A DNA stretch of 64,000 nt from an uncultured Alphaproteobacteria bacterium. GTDB lineage: Bacteria > Pseudomonadota > Alphaproteobacteria > Rhizobiales > Hyphomicrobiaceae. Positions 1-8,110 of the stretch are shown here, in pieces; the first letter of the stretch is position 1, and every line of letters begins with the position of its first letter. The position numbers and the translations under genes were made by a program. The stretch covers positions 28,668-92,667 of the forward strand of contig CAVSDD010000008.1 in the NCBI GenBank assembly GCA_963726795.1. Direction: 5' to 3'. The notes under the pieces are model-generated. The model was not told where the DNA came from and searched no databases. It worked only from the letters and a program-made list of their open reading frames with translations.

Positions 1-1197
1 CACGCGACCCGTCGTCTCATCATCGAAGTTGTGCTCCCAGCGTACACCCCCAATGGAGCGGCGGTCGTCGCGGTTGGCACCGGCCTCGGCCGCCGTCTGC
101 GGCACGCGCGGATTGGTATTGGTTGCAGAAAAATTATTGACAGCACAGCCCGGCGCGGCCGTCGCCGCGGTCGCGCACCCCTGCTGAAACGGGTTGAGGT
201 TGAATTGGTTGAGCGACATGCGAAACGGCAGCTGGGTGTAAAGCTCGTTGTCGATCGCCTTGAACGTGATCTTGTCCCACGGGCTCGCCTGCACGGTGAG
301 CAGCATGTTGGCGGTCTGCGTGTTGAATTGGCTGTACCCGTACCAGCCATCGCCACGCACATCGCTCAAGAAGATCGAGCCTTCGTAGTTCGCGCCCTTC
401 ACGCCGGCAGTTGAATAATTGTTGAGGTAATTGAAGCTGCCGACATCGACGCCGTATTCCACCCCGTTGATCTCACCGCCCGGCCGCGTGCGAAAGTTGA
501 TCGCGCCACCCGTCGCGTAATTGCCGAACAAAGCCGAGGACGGCCCGCGCCACACGTCGACGCCGGCGTAGGCGTGCGGATCGATGAGGTCGCTGCGCGA
601 AAGCCCGTCCGGCTGTGTCACCGGGAAGCCGTCCTCGAAGATCACGATGTTGCGAATGCCAAAGCCGTTGCGCGCGTTGGAGCCGCGGATCGAGATGCCG
701 AGGTCGCGCGGTCCGTTGCCCTGCTTCAGCGATACGCCTGGGCTTTGGCGCAAGATGTCGCTGACGGTGAGCACCGGTTCTTTTTCGAGCCGCGTCGTGT
801 CGATGGCAGTCGCCGTCTGCGCCGCAGGACTGCCTGCGGTGCCGAAGATAGGCGGCGTGGCTGCGGCAGGGGTCCCGCCGTTGACCAAAGCGTTGGGCAA
901 CTTTGCAGGCGCAAGCTTCGGCTGTGCAGCCGGCGTCGTTGCAGCCTTGGCGACTTTCGCTTTCTTGGGCTTTTCGGCCGCCTTCGTCGGGGGCGGCGGC
1001 AACGTCTTCTGCTCCACTGTCACGGGCGGCAGCTGGTCCGCCGCCGGCTTGGTCGCGTCTTGCGCGCGCACGGGGAGCGTCAGCGCGATGCCAAGGCAAC
1101 CACAGGCGAGAAGTGTCGGAGATGAGCGTGCAGACGAAGCGGATTGCGCGCAGGCGCGCGAGACTGCCGCGCGGACGCGGCGATACGCATGGGACAT
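1..1197 (-). CDS. TonB-dependent outer-membrane receptor, N-terminal part only (gene runs off the left edge)
   Basis: Not in the ORF track because there is no stop inside the window. Manual reverse translation from ATG at 1197 gives the signal peptide MSHAYRRVRAAVSRACAQSASSARSSPTLLACGCLGIALTLPVRAQ, then a Pro/Ala/Lys linker, then plug-domain sequence VSDILRQSPGVSLKQGNGPRDLGISIRGSNARNGFGIRNIVIFEDGFPVTQPDG...VDVWRGPSSALFGNYATGGAINF. The frame stays open to base 1. Confidence 0.85.
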   Translation of the reverse strand, partial: MSHAYRRVRAAVSRACAQSASSARSSPTLLACGCLGIALTLPVRAQDATKPAADQLPPVTVEQKTLPPPPTKAAEKPKKAKVAKAATTPAAQPKLAPAKLPNALVNGGTPAAATPPIFGTAGSPAAQTATAIDTTRLEKEPVLTVSDILRQSPGVSLKQGNGPRDLGISIRGSNARNGFGIRNIVIFEDGFPVTQPDGLSRSDLIDPHAYAGVDVWRGPSSALFGNYATGGAINFRTRPGGEINGVEYGVDVGSFNYLNNYSTAGVKGANYEGSIFLSDVRGDGWYGYSQFNTQTANMLLTVQASPWDKITFKAIDNELYTQLPFRMSLNQFNLNPFQQGCATAATAAPGCAVNNFSATNTNPRVPQTAAEAGANRDDRRSIGGVRWEHNFDDETTGRV

Positions 1198-1296
1198 GAC
1201 GGTACGCTCGAGCTGAACATGTACGGGCGGCTGCGGACGCGCGCCAAGGTCCGGCGGCGTCCGAGCGATACAAAAATGGCCGCCGCTCGCGGCCGA

Positions 1297-1662
1297 TCAG
1301 CTCAAGGATGGTGGTCCGCGCGCGGAGGTGCCGCCCCCGCGCATAAAGGCGCGCACGAGATCGTGCGTGGGCGCGAACGCGAGCTTGGCAAACGTGAGAC
1401 TGAGCGCTGACGGGGCCGAAACGGGCTCGCTCAGCGCGACGCCTCCGGTCGATGCGTAGGCGCAAAGGCCCCGGTCGGCGGCCTTCGGCTTGGCGGGAGC
1501 GAGCTTGCCGTCGGACGTGAGCGTGGCGGTCGCGGGGCCGTGACCGGTGCAGATGACAACCGTCAGCTCGCCGCTGGCAGCCGGCGCAAGCATGAAGCCC
1601 ACGGGGACCACGCTGCGCAGCGCGAACGCCAGAACGATGATCACTGAAAGGAGGCGACGCAC
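1297..1662 (-). CDS. small secreted DUF2946-like protein (typical partner of TonB-dependent copper receptors)
   Basis: ORF 1297..1662. Signal peptide MRRLLSVIIVLAFALRS, then VPVGFMLAP...VVICTGHG...GLCAYAS. The family assignment is from memory of the DUF2946 pattern plus its position directly upstream of the receptor. Confidence 0.5.
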   Translation of the reverse strand: MRRLLSVIIVLAFALRSVVPVGFMLAPAASGELTVVICTGHGPATATLTSDGKLAPAKPKAADRGLCAYASTGGVALSEPVSAPSALSLTFAKLAFAPTHDLVRAFMRGGGTSARGPPSLS

Positions 1663-1857
1663 GACAACTGCTCCCCGGAACGGCGAGGTCGACCCTACGG
1701 ATTGAGACTTCTTAAATCAACGCAACTGGCGTCCAGTCTCCCAGGTCCAAAAACATCTGTAGCCGCAGGGACACAAACCACGAGTGACAGCAAGTCGCGG
1801 CATTGCCCACCTTTGGGGCGCGGCGGATATTCCGTGCGGCGAGCGCCGGTTCACGAG

Positions 1858-2310
1858 CTAGGCCGATTTGCTGCTAGCTGCCGATCGCCACAGACGCGGA
1901 CCGGCCTCGTCGACCGACAGCGCGCCCGCCCCGTACTTCATGAGAAAGAGCAGCGACACGGCCCACACGCCGTGCGTGTCGAACGCGTTGGGATAGACGA
2001 AGATCTCGATGACGAGCGTCATCATCAGCAAGCCCGCCGCGGCGAAGCGCGTGAGCAGGCCGGCAAAGATCAGGATTGGAAGCGTCAGCTCGGCCGCGGT
2101 CGCCATGTAGGCTGCGATCTCCGGCGGTATGAGCGGAAGACGGTACTCCTCGCGGAACAGCGTGAGCGTGTTGCCGTCCGCCCAGCCCTCAAGCTTCAGC
2201 ATGCCGGAACGGAAGAATGTCGTGCCGATGCCAATGCGGGCAACGTAGGAGATCAGGTCTTCGGGGATCGCCTTGAACCGGTCGACGGTGCTCTCGATCA
2301 GATCGCGCAT
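1858..2310 (-). CDS. DoxX-family membrane protein, fourth gene of the bufferin-type operon
   Basis: ORF 1858..2310. Multi-TM sequence FFRSGMLKLEGW...AAELTLPILIFAGLLTRFAAAGLLMMTLVIEIFVYP is typical of DoxX. The start overlaps the stop of the upstream DUF2063 gene. Confidence 0.8.
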   Translation of the reverse strand: MRDLIESTVDRFKAIPEDLISYVARIGIGTTFFRSGMLKLEGWADGNTLTLFREEYRLPLIPPEIAAYMATAAELTLPILIFAGLLTRFAAAGLLMMTLVIEIFVYPNAFDTHGVWAVSLLFLMKYGAGALSVDEAGPRLWRSAASSKSA

Positions 2311-3137
2311 TGGTTCATCCTCATGGCTGGAGACTGGGTTCGATCGAATTGGCGCTCTTGCGGGCGCACGTCGATGACGGCGCCGGCGCGGAACAGCGTC
2401 GCCAGCGCGGCGGCGAACTCGAACTCGCTGTCGAGCGCGGCAGCAGCCTCGGCTGAAAGCTCCAGCGAGTGCCCGGCGGCGAGGGCACGGATGAAGGCGA
2501 AGGTCGGCGTGTCGATACCGATCAGCGCAACGTCGAACTTTGGCCGGACGACGAGGGCGGCTTCTCCTCCAGCCGAAACATCAATCGGCCGCACGATCTC
2601 GTCGTGCGTGTTGGTGTGCCAGAGGCTGAGCACGGGATAGTCGGAGATCAGGATGGCGCACGAGGGGTGCAGCATCAGGCTGGAATCGAGCGCATCATCG
2701 CCGAACCGGCCAAGCTTTGTTGCGGCGATCGGCTGAGCGTCGGCTGCATGGTAGGCGGCGGCCAACATCCATTCGAGCCGCGCCACATCGGACAAATACG
2801 GTAGTGCCCGGGCTGGCTCAAAGGTGCTCAGAAAATGCGGGAACTCCTCGCCATATTCGAAGAGCGCCGGCGAAAGCGGCGGGTGGTCGGCAATGAACAC
2901 TTTTGCCATCGCCGCGAAGAAATCTTCGCCGACCAGCCTCGCGACGACCGGGAAGCGCGCTGCAAGGCAGCCCGTGAGGCTCGCAAAGACGTTGTTGCGG
3001 TAGATGGTGAAGCGCTTGGCCCGAGCGGCAACGCGCGGTCCCAGCACGTCCGCCGGCAGTTCGTCGCTCTGCCACAGCAGGGCGCGCGCGAAGGCGCCCT
3101 GGTGGTCCTCGATCGAAGCGTTTGTTTCACGCCACAC
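2298..3137 (-). CDS. bufC: DUF2063-domain protein (BufC-like partner of the MNIO enzyme)
   Basis: ORF 2298..3137. FTIYRNNVFASLTGCLAARFPVVARLVGEDFFAAMAKVFIADHPPLSPALFEYGEEFPHFL matches the DUF2063 signature. It overlaps the DUF692 stop by 11 nt. Confidence 0.8.
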   Translation of the reverse strand: MWRETNASIEDHQGAFARALLWQSDELPADVLGPRVAARAKRFTIYRNNVFASLTGCLAARFPVVARLVGEDFFAAMAKVFIADHPPLSPALFEYGEEFPHFLSTFEPARALPYLSDVARLEWMLAAAYHAADAQPIAATKLGRFGDDALDSSLMLHPSCAILISDYPVLSLWHTNTHDEIVRPIDVSAGGEAALVVRPKFDVALIGIDTPTFAFIRALAAGHSLELSAEAAAALDSEFEFAAALATLFRAGAVIDVRPQERQFDRTQSPAMRMNQCAI

Positions 3138-4014
3138 GCGAATATCCCTCCTTCCGGGAACTCATGAGCAAATCGGCCTTCATTGCCTCGGCATAGAGAT
3201 CGCTCCACGCGGGCACGTCGTTGTCCCATTCGATCAGCGTCGCCGTCGGGCCGCCGCGCGCGATGACGCGCTCGTAGAGGCCCCACACCGCGTTGCGCAC
3301 CACGCCATCGTGGGAATCGATGAGGAGCGGCGTTCCGTCCTCATCATCCAGCTGCGCGTAGCCGGCGAGATGGATCTCGCCCGCGTGCTCCAGTGGAAAT
3401 TCGTCGATGTAGCTCACAGGATCGAAGCGGTGGTTGGTGGCGCAGACGAAGACATTGTTGCAGTCGAGCAGCAGCCCGCAGCCGCTGCGCTCGACGAGCG
3501 CGCGCAGGAATTCGATCTCGGACATTTCGCTGTTGGCGAAGGTGACGTAGGTCGACGGATTTTCGATGAGCACGCGGCGCTTCAGGGCCGTTTGCATCTG
3601 ATCGACGTGACGGGCCACGTGAGCGAGTGTTGTCTCGTTGTAGGGCAGCGGAAACAGATCGTTGAGAAACGCGCCTTCGTGCGTCGACCAGGCGAGGTGC
3701 TCGGACACGAGCCCCGGCTCGTAGCGCTTGACCAGCGCCGCCAATCGATTGAGGTGCTCGCGGTTGAGCGGCTCTGCGCCACCGATCGACAGCCCGACGC
3801 CGTGCAGCGAGAGCGGATACCTCGCGCGCACGCGCTCCAGCACGTGGTGCGGCCAGCCACCGGCACCCATGAAGTTTTCCGGGTGCACCTCGAACCAGCC
3901 GATATCGGGCCAGACGTCGAGGATGTCGCGATAGTGCTCGGGCTTCAGTCCGACCCCGGCTCGCGCCGGGATCGGAGCAGGCGCTTTCTGTCCGAGCTTG
4001 ATTGCTGCAGACAT
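3127..4014 (-). CDS. bufB: DUF692 multinuclear non-heme iron oxidase (MNIO, BufB-like)
   Basis: C-terminal 295 codons of ORF 3127..4281. The start is set at the internal ATG (4014) giving MSAAIKLG..., because the upstream 89 codons are Arg/Pro junk overlapping the precursor gene. Motifs seen: GVGLKPEHY, WFEVHPENFMGAGG, LSLHGVGLSIGG, SEHLAWS, LPLPYNE, LIENPSTY, LLLDCNNVFV, IHLAGY. Confidence 0.9.
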   Translation of the reverse strand: MSAAIKLGQKAPAPIPARAGVGLKPEHYRDILDVWPDIGWFEVHPENFMGAGGWPHHVLERVRARYPLSLHGVGLSIGGAEPLNREHLNRLAALVKRYEPGLVSEHLAWSTHEGAFLNDLFPLPYNETTLAHVARHVDQMQTALKRRVLIENPSTYVTFANSEMSEIEFLRALVERSGCGLLLDCNNVFVCATNHRFDPVSYIDEFPLEHAGEIHLAGYAQLDDEDGTPLLIDSHDGVVRNAVWGLYERVIARGGPTATLIEWDNDVPAWSDLYAEAMKADLLMSSRKEGYSRVA

Positions 4015-4021
4015 CGCCGCC

Positions 4022-4315
4022 TCAGGACTTGACGGGTTGCAGCGAGCCGTCGCGCTTGGTGCCGTCGGGCAGGGTGACCGACGTGGTGGTGCACGTGCCG
4101 GCCGGCACGTACTTCCAGGCGCCCTTGTCGTATTGGACTTTAGACGTACCCGCGCACGAGTTATTGCCGGCGGAGGCGCAGTCGTTCTTGCCGGCGGGGC
4201 TGATGCCGTAGCATTTCTCTTTGCTGGCATCGTCCGCCAGTGTTGCCTGCGACAAGGCGGCGACGCCGGCGACCGCTGCAACGGCGGACAAAAGAAGGGT
4301 CCGGGACTGAGTCAT
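4022..4315 (-). CDS. bufA: DUF2282 bufferin-type RiPP precursor with Sec signal peptide (BufA1-like)
   Basis: ORF 4022..4315. Signal peptide MTQSRTLLLSAVAAVAGVAALSQATLA, then a four-Cys core EKCYGISPAGKNDCASAGNNSCAGTSKVQYDKGAWKYVPAGTC. It ends 8 nt upstream of the MNIO gene. Confidence 0.85.
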   Translation of the reverse strand: MTQSRTLLLSAVAAVAGVAALSQATLADDASKEKCYGISPAGKNDCASAGNNSCAGTSKVQYDKGAWKYVPAGTCTTTSVTLPDGTKRDGSLQPVKS

Positions 4316-4401
4316 TGGGATTTGTCTCCGTATTTGGCGAACTGTTCAATGCCGGCCAGGCTCGGCCGACAGGTCCAAATTGCCGTCACAGAGGAAGGGA
4401 G

Positions 4402-4442
4402 TGAAATGCCCGCTGGCTATGGATTTGATAAAGGCGCGCCAA
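4402..4442 (-). promoter_or_regulatory. 41-bp LTTR/OxyR-type operator module, copy oriented toward bufA
   Basis: The reverse strand reads TTGGCGCGCCTTTATCAAATCCATAGCCAGCGGGCATTTCA. It has the same column spacing as the six forward copies and ends 86 nt upstream of the bufA ATG. The first dyad is degenerate; the second ATAG is perfect. Confidence 0.55.
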
Positions 4443-4447
4443 CGCCG

Positions 4448-4488
4448 ATAGCGCGGGGCTATCAATTTCGGAGGAAGCCACTATTTCC
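4448..4488 (+). promoter_or_regulatory. 41-bp LTTR/OxyR-type operator module, copy oriented toward the peroxiredoxin-like genes
   Basis: ATAGCGCGGGGCTATCAATTTCGGAGGAAGCCACTATTTCC. ATAG-N7-CTAT dyad plus a distal CTAT. It lies back to back with the 4402..4442 copy. Confidence 0.65.
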
Positions 4489-4656
4489 ACTGTCGCGCCG
4501 GCTCTCGCATGGTGCCTGCATGGAGAAGACTAGCCCCACTTGCGAGATCAATTGGAAACCTGGAGGTCTTCGGGCGTTCTCGGTGCAGCCAATCGACAAG
4601 GTGCACGGCAGCATCGGCGCGCGGACCAGGTTCGCCAAAACAGGAATTGGATCAGG

Positions 4657-5352
4657 GTGACGCGGCCAAATACACTGGAGCAAGCCTTCGCCGACATCTG
4701 CACGATGGACGGACCCCTGAGCGGCAAGCTCGCCGCCTATTCCGCAAAGCTGCAGGAGCTGAACTTCCCGTTCGCCGAAGCCTACGACACGCTGGTCGCC
4801 CGCCTCATCGATGGGCAAATCGGATCCGCGGCGCCCAAGGTCGGCGAGCCGATGCCGACGTTCGTTCTGCCAAACCAGGCCGGGCATCTCATCGCTCTTG
4901 AGGATCTGCTCACGAGCGGCGCCGTGGTGATCAGCTTCAACCGGGGACACTGGTGCCCGTTCTGCAAGATCGAGTTGCGGACGCTCGCGAGCTATCACGA
5001 GGAGATCGCCGCTCACGGCGCACAGGTTGTTTCCATCCTCCCCGACCGGCAGAAATTCGTCGAAAAGCTTAACGAGCACACGCACGGCAAGCTCCCGATC
5101 CTCACCGATATCGACAATGGCTACGCGCTGTCGCTGGGTCTCGTCTTGTGGCTGGGCGATCGCCTCAAGGAGCTGATGAGCGGCCGCGGGCTGCATTTGG
5201 AGGAGATCCACGGCAACGACGGCTGGTTCGTGCCGCTACCTGCGACATTCGTGGTAGCGCGCGACGGGACCGTCATCTCGCGCCACGTGGACCCGGAATT
5301 CCGGTCGCGAATGGAGGTCGATGAGATCCTTCGCGCGTTGCGCGGCGCCTGA
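4657..5352 (+). CDS. peroxiredoxin-like / AhpC-TSA family protein with CxxC motif, paralog 1
   Basis: In frame with ORF 4540..5352. The start is moved to GTG 4657 (VTRPNTLEQAFADIC) by alignment with the N-termini of the two downstream paralogs. Motifs seen: FNRGHWCPFC, DIDNGYALSLGLV, PATFVV..DG.V....VDPEFR.RME. Confidence 0.8.
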   Translation: MTRPNTLEQAFADICTMDGPLSGKLAAYSAKLQELNFPFAEAYDTLVARLIDGQIGSAAPKVGEPMPTFVLPNQAGHLIALEDLLTSGAVVISFNRGHWCPFCKIELRTLASYHEEIAAHGAQVVSILPDRQKFVEKLNEHTHGKLPILTDIDNGYALSLGLVLWLGDRLKELMSGRGLHLEEIHGNDGWFVPLPATFVVARDGTVISRHVDPEFRSRMEVDEILRALRGA

Positions 5353-5436
5353 AGCCATAGTAGCCAGGAGCAGGGATTTCTGGCCGGTTTGAACCGGTTA
5401 CCCGCTTGTCCGCTTTAGGCCGCGAGCGCCGCCACG

Positions 5437-6150
5437 ATGACTGAGACGAGCCCGCTCGACGCGGCTTTCCAAAAGATCTGCGCCACCGAGGCGCCGTTGA
5501 ACGAGCGGCTGGCTCTCTTCACCGCGGCAGTCGAGGCGCACGGACAGCCCTTCGCCGTCGCATACCATAACCTCGTAACCCAGCTGGATGCCGCCGCTGC
5601 TGGCACGACCGCACCGGGACCCGGCGATACGCTGCCGGATTTCCTGTTGCCCGACTACACAGGCAAGCTCGTTCAACTGGAGGAGCTGCTCGAGGTCGGC
5701 CCCGTCGTCGTCAGCTTCAACCGCGGCCACTGGTGCGAGTATTGCGAGCTTGAGCTGATCGCCTTCGCAGAAGCGCAGGCGGAGCTCGCGCGGCATGGCG
5801 CTCAGGTTATTTCCATCATGCCTGAGCGCAGCGAATATACGCGCAGCGTGCGCGCGCTCACCGGCGATACCGTGACTGTGGTCTCCGATATCGACAACGG
5901 CTACGCGCTTTCGCTCGGCCTCGTCATTTGGCTCGGCGAAACGGTGCGCGGGCTGTATCAGCAGTTCGGATTGGACATCGAACGCTACCAGGGAAACGGC
6001 ATGTGGTTTGTGCCGATCCCGGCAACGTTCGTGCTCGACCGGCAGGGCAAGATCGTCGCGCGCAAGGTCGATCCGGACTTTCGCACCCGAATGGACCTGG
6101 ATGAAATACTAGCCGCCCTGCTAACGACCCAGACTGCCCATAATGGCTAG
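5437..6150 (+). CDS. peroxiredoxin-like / AhpC-TSA family protein with CxxC motif, paralog 2
   Basis: ORF 5437..6150. FNRGHWCEYC, DIDNGYALSLGLVIWLG, PATFVLDRQGKIVARKVDPDFRTRMD. Collinear with paralogs 1 and 3. Confidence 0.85.
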   Translation: MTETSPLDAAFQKICATEAPLNERLALFTAAVEAHGQPFAVAYHNLVTQLDAAAAGTTAPGPGDTLPDFLLPDYTGKLVQLEELLEVGPVVVSFNRGHWCEYCELELIAFAEAQAELARHGAQVISIMPERSEYTRSVRALTGDTVTVVSDIDNGYALSLGLVIWLGETVRGLYQQFGLDIERYQGNGMWFVPIPATFVLDRQGKIVARKVDPDFRTRMDLDEILAALLTTQTAHNG

Positions 6151-6236
6151 CGGCAATTCTGGAGAGAGACAGTCATTTTTCTGGCCATTCGGGCCGGTTC
6201 GGACCAGAATTGCATTTTACGAATTCGGAGCCGGCG

Positions 6237-6947
6237 ATGGCTGAACCATCGATTGCCGAAATCCTGGAAGAGACAACCGAGCGCTGCCGCAATCTCGATG
6301 CGCCGCTCGCCGGGCGGCTGCAGGCCTTCGCCGATGAAGTGCGCGCGCTCAACTCCGAATTTGCCGACACGGTTGAGCGCATGGTCGCGCGGCTTCGGGC
6401 TTCGGGCGCGGGCGAAAGAGCTCCGGGCCCGGGCGAGCCGATGCCGGAGTTCATGCTGCCCGATCAGCAGGGCCGTCTCGTCAGTCTTTCGGATCTCATC
6501 ACGGCCGGCCCGGTCGTCGTTGCTTTCCACAGAGGTCACTGGTGTCCGTACTGTCGCATCACCGCCGACGCGCTCACGCGTATCCACACGTCGGTGCGAG
6601 ATCTAGGTGCGCAACTTGTCGTCATCACGCCGGAGATCGAGCGGTTCAACGAGGAGCTGCGCGCGGCTGTGAGTGCGCCTTTTTCGGTTCTGTCCGACAT
6701 GGACAACGGCTACGCGCTGATGCTGAACCTCGCCTTCTACGTGGGCGATGAGAAAAAGAAGCTGATGAAGTTCGCGGGCTGGAACATCCCGCCTTACAAC
6801 GCGAACGACAACTGGACGCTGCCGATCCCGGCGACCTTCGTCGTCGGCCAGGACGGGCTGGTGAAGGCCCGCCACATCGATCCCGACTACCGCAAGCGCA
6901 TGGACGCGGAAGCGATCCTCACCGCGATCAAAGCGTCGCGGAGCTAA
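6237..6947 (+). CDS. peroxiredoxin-like / AhpC-TSA family protein with CxxC motif, paralog 3
   Basis: ORF 6210..6947. ATG 6237 is preferred (GGAG about 9 nt upstream; MAEPSIAEIL). Motifs seen: FHRGHWCPYC, DMDNGYALMLNL, PATFVVGQDGLVKARHIDPDYRKRMD. Confidence 0.8.
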   Translation: MAEPSIAEILEETTERCRNLDAPLAGRLQAFADEVRALNSEFADTVERMVARLRASGAGERAPGPGEPMPEFMLPDQQGRLVSLSDLITAGPVVVAFHRGHWCPYCRITADALTRIHTSVRDLGAQLVVITPEIERFNEELRAAVSAPFSVLSDMDNGYALMLNLAFYVGDEKKKLMKFAGWNIPPYNANDNWTLPIPATFVVGQDGLVKARHIDPDYRKRMDAEAILTAIKASRS

Positions 6948-6960
6948 GCGGGGTCGGAGT

Positions 6961-7863
6961 TCACGCGGCCTTGGAGGCAGCTTCGCGGCGCGACCAGTCC
7001 GACGCCCGCATCATCTTAATCAGGGTGCTCGCGGCCATCGATCGCTGCCGCCCGGCGACGGCGTAGACATAGACCGTTCGCTGCATGTCGAATCCATCGA
7101 CTTCGATCAGCTTGATCTGCGGCGACATCGACGTGCTTTCCGGCGCCATTCCGACACCCAGGCCCGCCGCCAGAATCGCCACAAAATCGGCGTCCGAGCC
7201 GGCGTGGTGCGAGGCGTCAAATTCGACACCCACTGCGTTCAGAATGGCGCGCCCGCGCTCGAAGTCCTCGCAGTAGGGACGGCAGACGATGCGCTCGCTC
7301 TTGAGGTCGGCAGCGCCGATTCTGCTCTTGGCAGCGAACGAATGACCGATGCCGACGACGAGCCGATAGGACTCCGTGAACAGCTGCCAGCCTTCCAGCC
7401 GGTCCCAGCTCTCGGCCAGTTTCGGCGCCACGGCGACCTCTGCGTCGCCCTTCTTGAGATGCTCGGCGATCTCCGCGCTCGTACCGCGCAGGAATTTCAG
7501 GTTGAGCCCCGGCATCGCGCGCACGAGCTCTTTCAGGAACGGAAGCACGATCTCGATATTCACGGTGAGCGGCAGCGCAATCGAGAGCGGCGCAATCGCT
7601 CCCTTCTTGATTGACGTCGCAACCTGCTTTGCGGCCTGAGCGCTGTCGAAGCACTGCTGCATCAGCGGCAGCATGCGGTGGCCGAGCTCGGAGAGGTGCG
7701 TGAGATTGCGCTCGCGGCGGAAGAGCTCGCCGCCGAGCTCCTCTTCCAGCTGCTTGATGGCGCGGGTCAGCGACGGTTGTGCAACGTGGCATTCCTCGGC
7801 GGCGCGGGTGAAATTCAATAGTCGCGCCACGGCAAGGAAGTACCGAACCTGGTGCATCTCCAT
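6961..7863 (-). CDS. LysR-family transcriptional regulator (LTTR 1)
   Basis: C-terminal 300 codons of ORF 6961..8130, with the start at ATG 7863 giving MEMHQVRYFLAVARLLNFTRAAEECHVAQPSLTRAIKQLEEELGGELF (LTTR helix-turn-helix). CRPYC lies at residues 194-198. It is divergent from bdhA with an operator copy in between. Confidence 0.85.
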   Translation of the reverse strand: MEMHQVRYFLAVARLLNFTRAAEECHVAQPSLTRAIKQLEEELGGELFRRERNLTHLSELGHRMLPLMQQCFDSAQAAKQVATSIKKGAIAPLSIALPLTVNIEIVLPFLKELVRAMPGLNLKFLRGTSAEIAEHLKKGDAEVAVAPKLAESWDRLEGWQLFTESYRLVVGIGHSFAAKSRIGAADLKSERIVCRPYCEDFERGRAILNAVGVEFDASHHAGSDADFVAILAAGLGVGMAPESTSMSPQIKLIEVDGFDMQRTVYVYAVAGRQRSMAASTLIKMMRASDWSRREAASKAA

Positions 7864-7929
7864 GCGGGTACCGAAGCTTATCCCAAACGCGGCGGCAAAA
7901 TTCGCTCGATTAGAAAATAGCGCCAAGCC

Positions 7930-7970
7930 ATAGCCGCCCGCTATCAATTCCGGACCCATACGGCATTTCA
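7930..7970 (+). promoter_or_regulatory. 41-bp LTTR/OxyR-type operator module in the lysR-bdhA divergent region
   Basis: ATAGCCGCCCGCTATCAATTCCGGACCCATACGGCATTTCA. It lies 66 nt from the LTTR start and 140 nt from the bdhA start, which is the classic divergent LTTR arrangement. Confidence 0.7.
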
Positions 7971-8110
7971 GCTTACAACTTCTTACACGTACCGTCGCTG
8001 GCGAAACTGGTTCCCCGCTGACGGTCTCCCCCGCCGTCAGTTCCCTGGACCCGGGGCCTTGTGCCCCTCGCGAGTGCCCCGGGTCGATTTTCTGCTGACA
8101 GCGACCGGAG

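Noticed and set aside
473-1465. 330-aa minus-strand ORF and 210-aa plus-strand ORF (584..1216) over the first 1.4 kb.
   Set aside because: They are alternative frames of the TonB-dependent receptor region. The receptor frame (open to base 1, with plug motifs) explains the region, and these ORFs are Arg-rich junk.
4015-4281. N-terminal 89 codons of the long DUF692 ORF (3127..4281).
   Set aside because: They overlap the DUF2282 precursor gene in another frame and are Pro/Arg-rich junk. The internal ATG at 4014 gives a normal-length MNIO enzyme.
5353-6236. Looked for further copies of the 41-bp operator in the two spacers between the peroxiredoxin-like paralogs.
   Set aside because: ATAG is present at 5359 but the CTAT half-site and the ATTTCA element are missing at the required spacing. 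The spacers share only TTTCTGGCC...CCGGTT, which I could not interpret.
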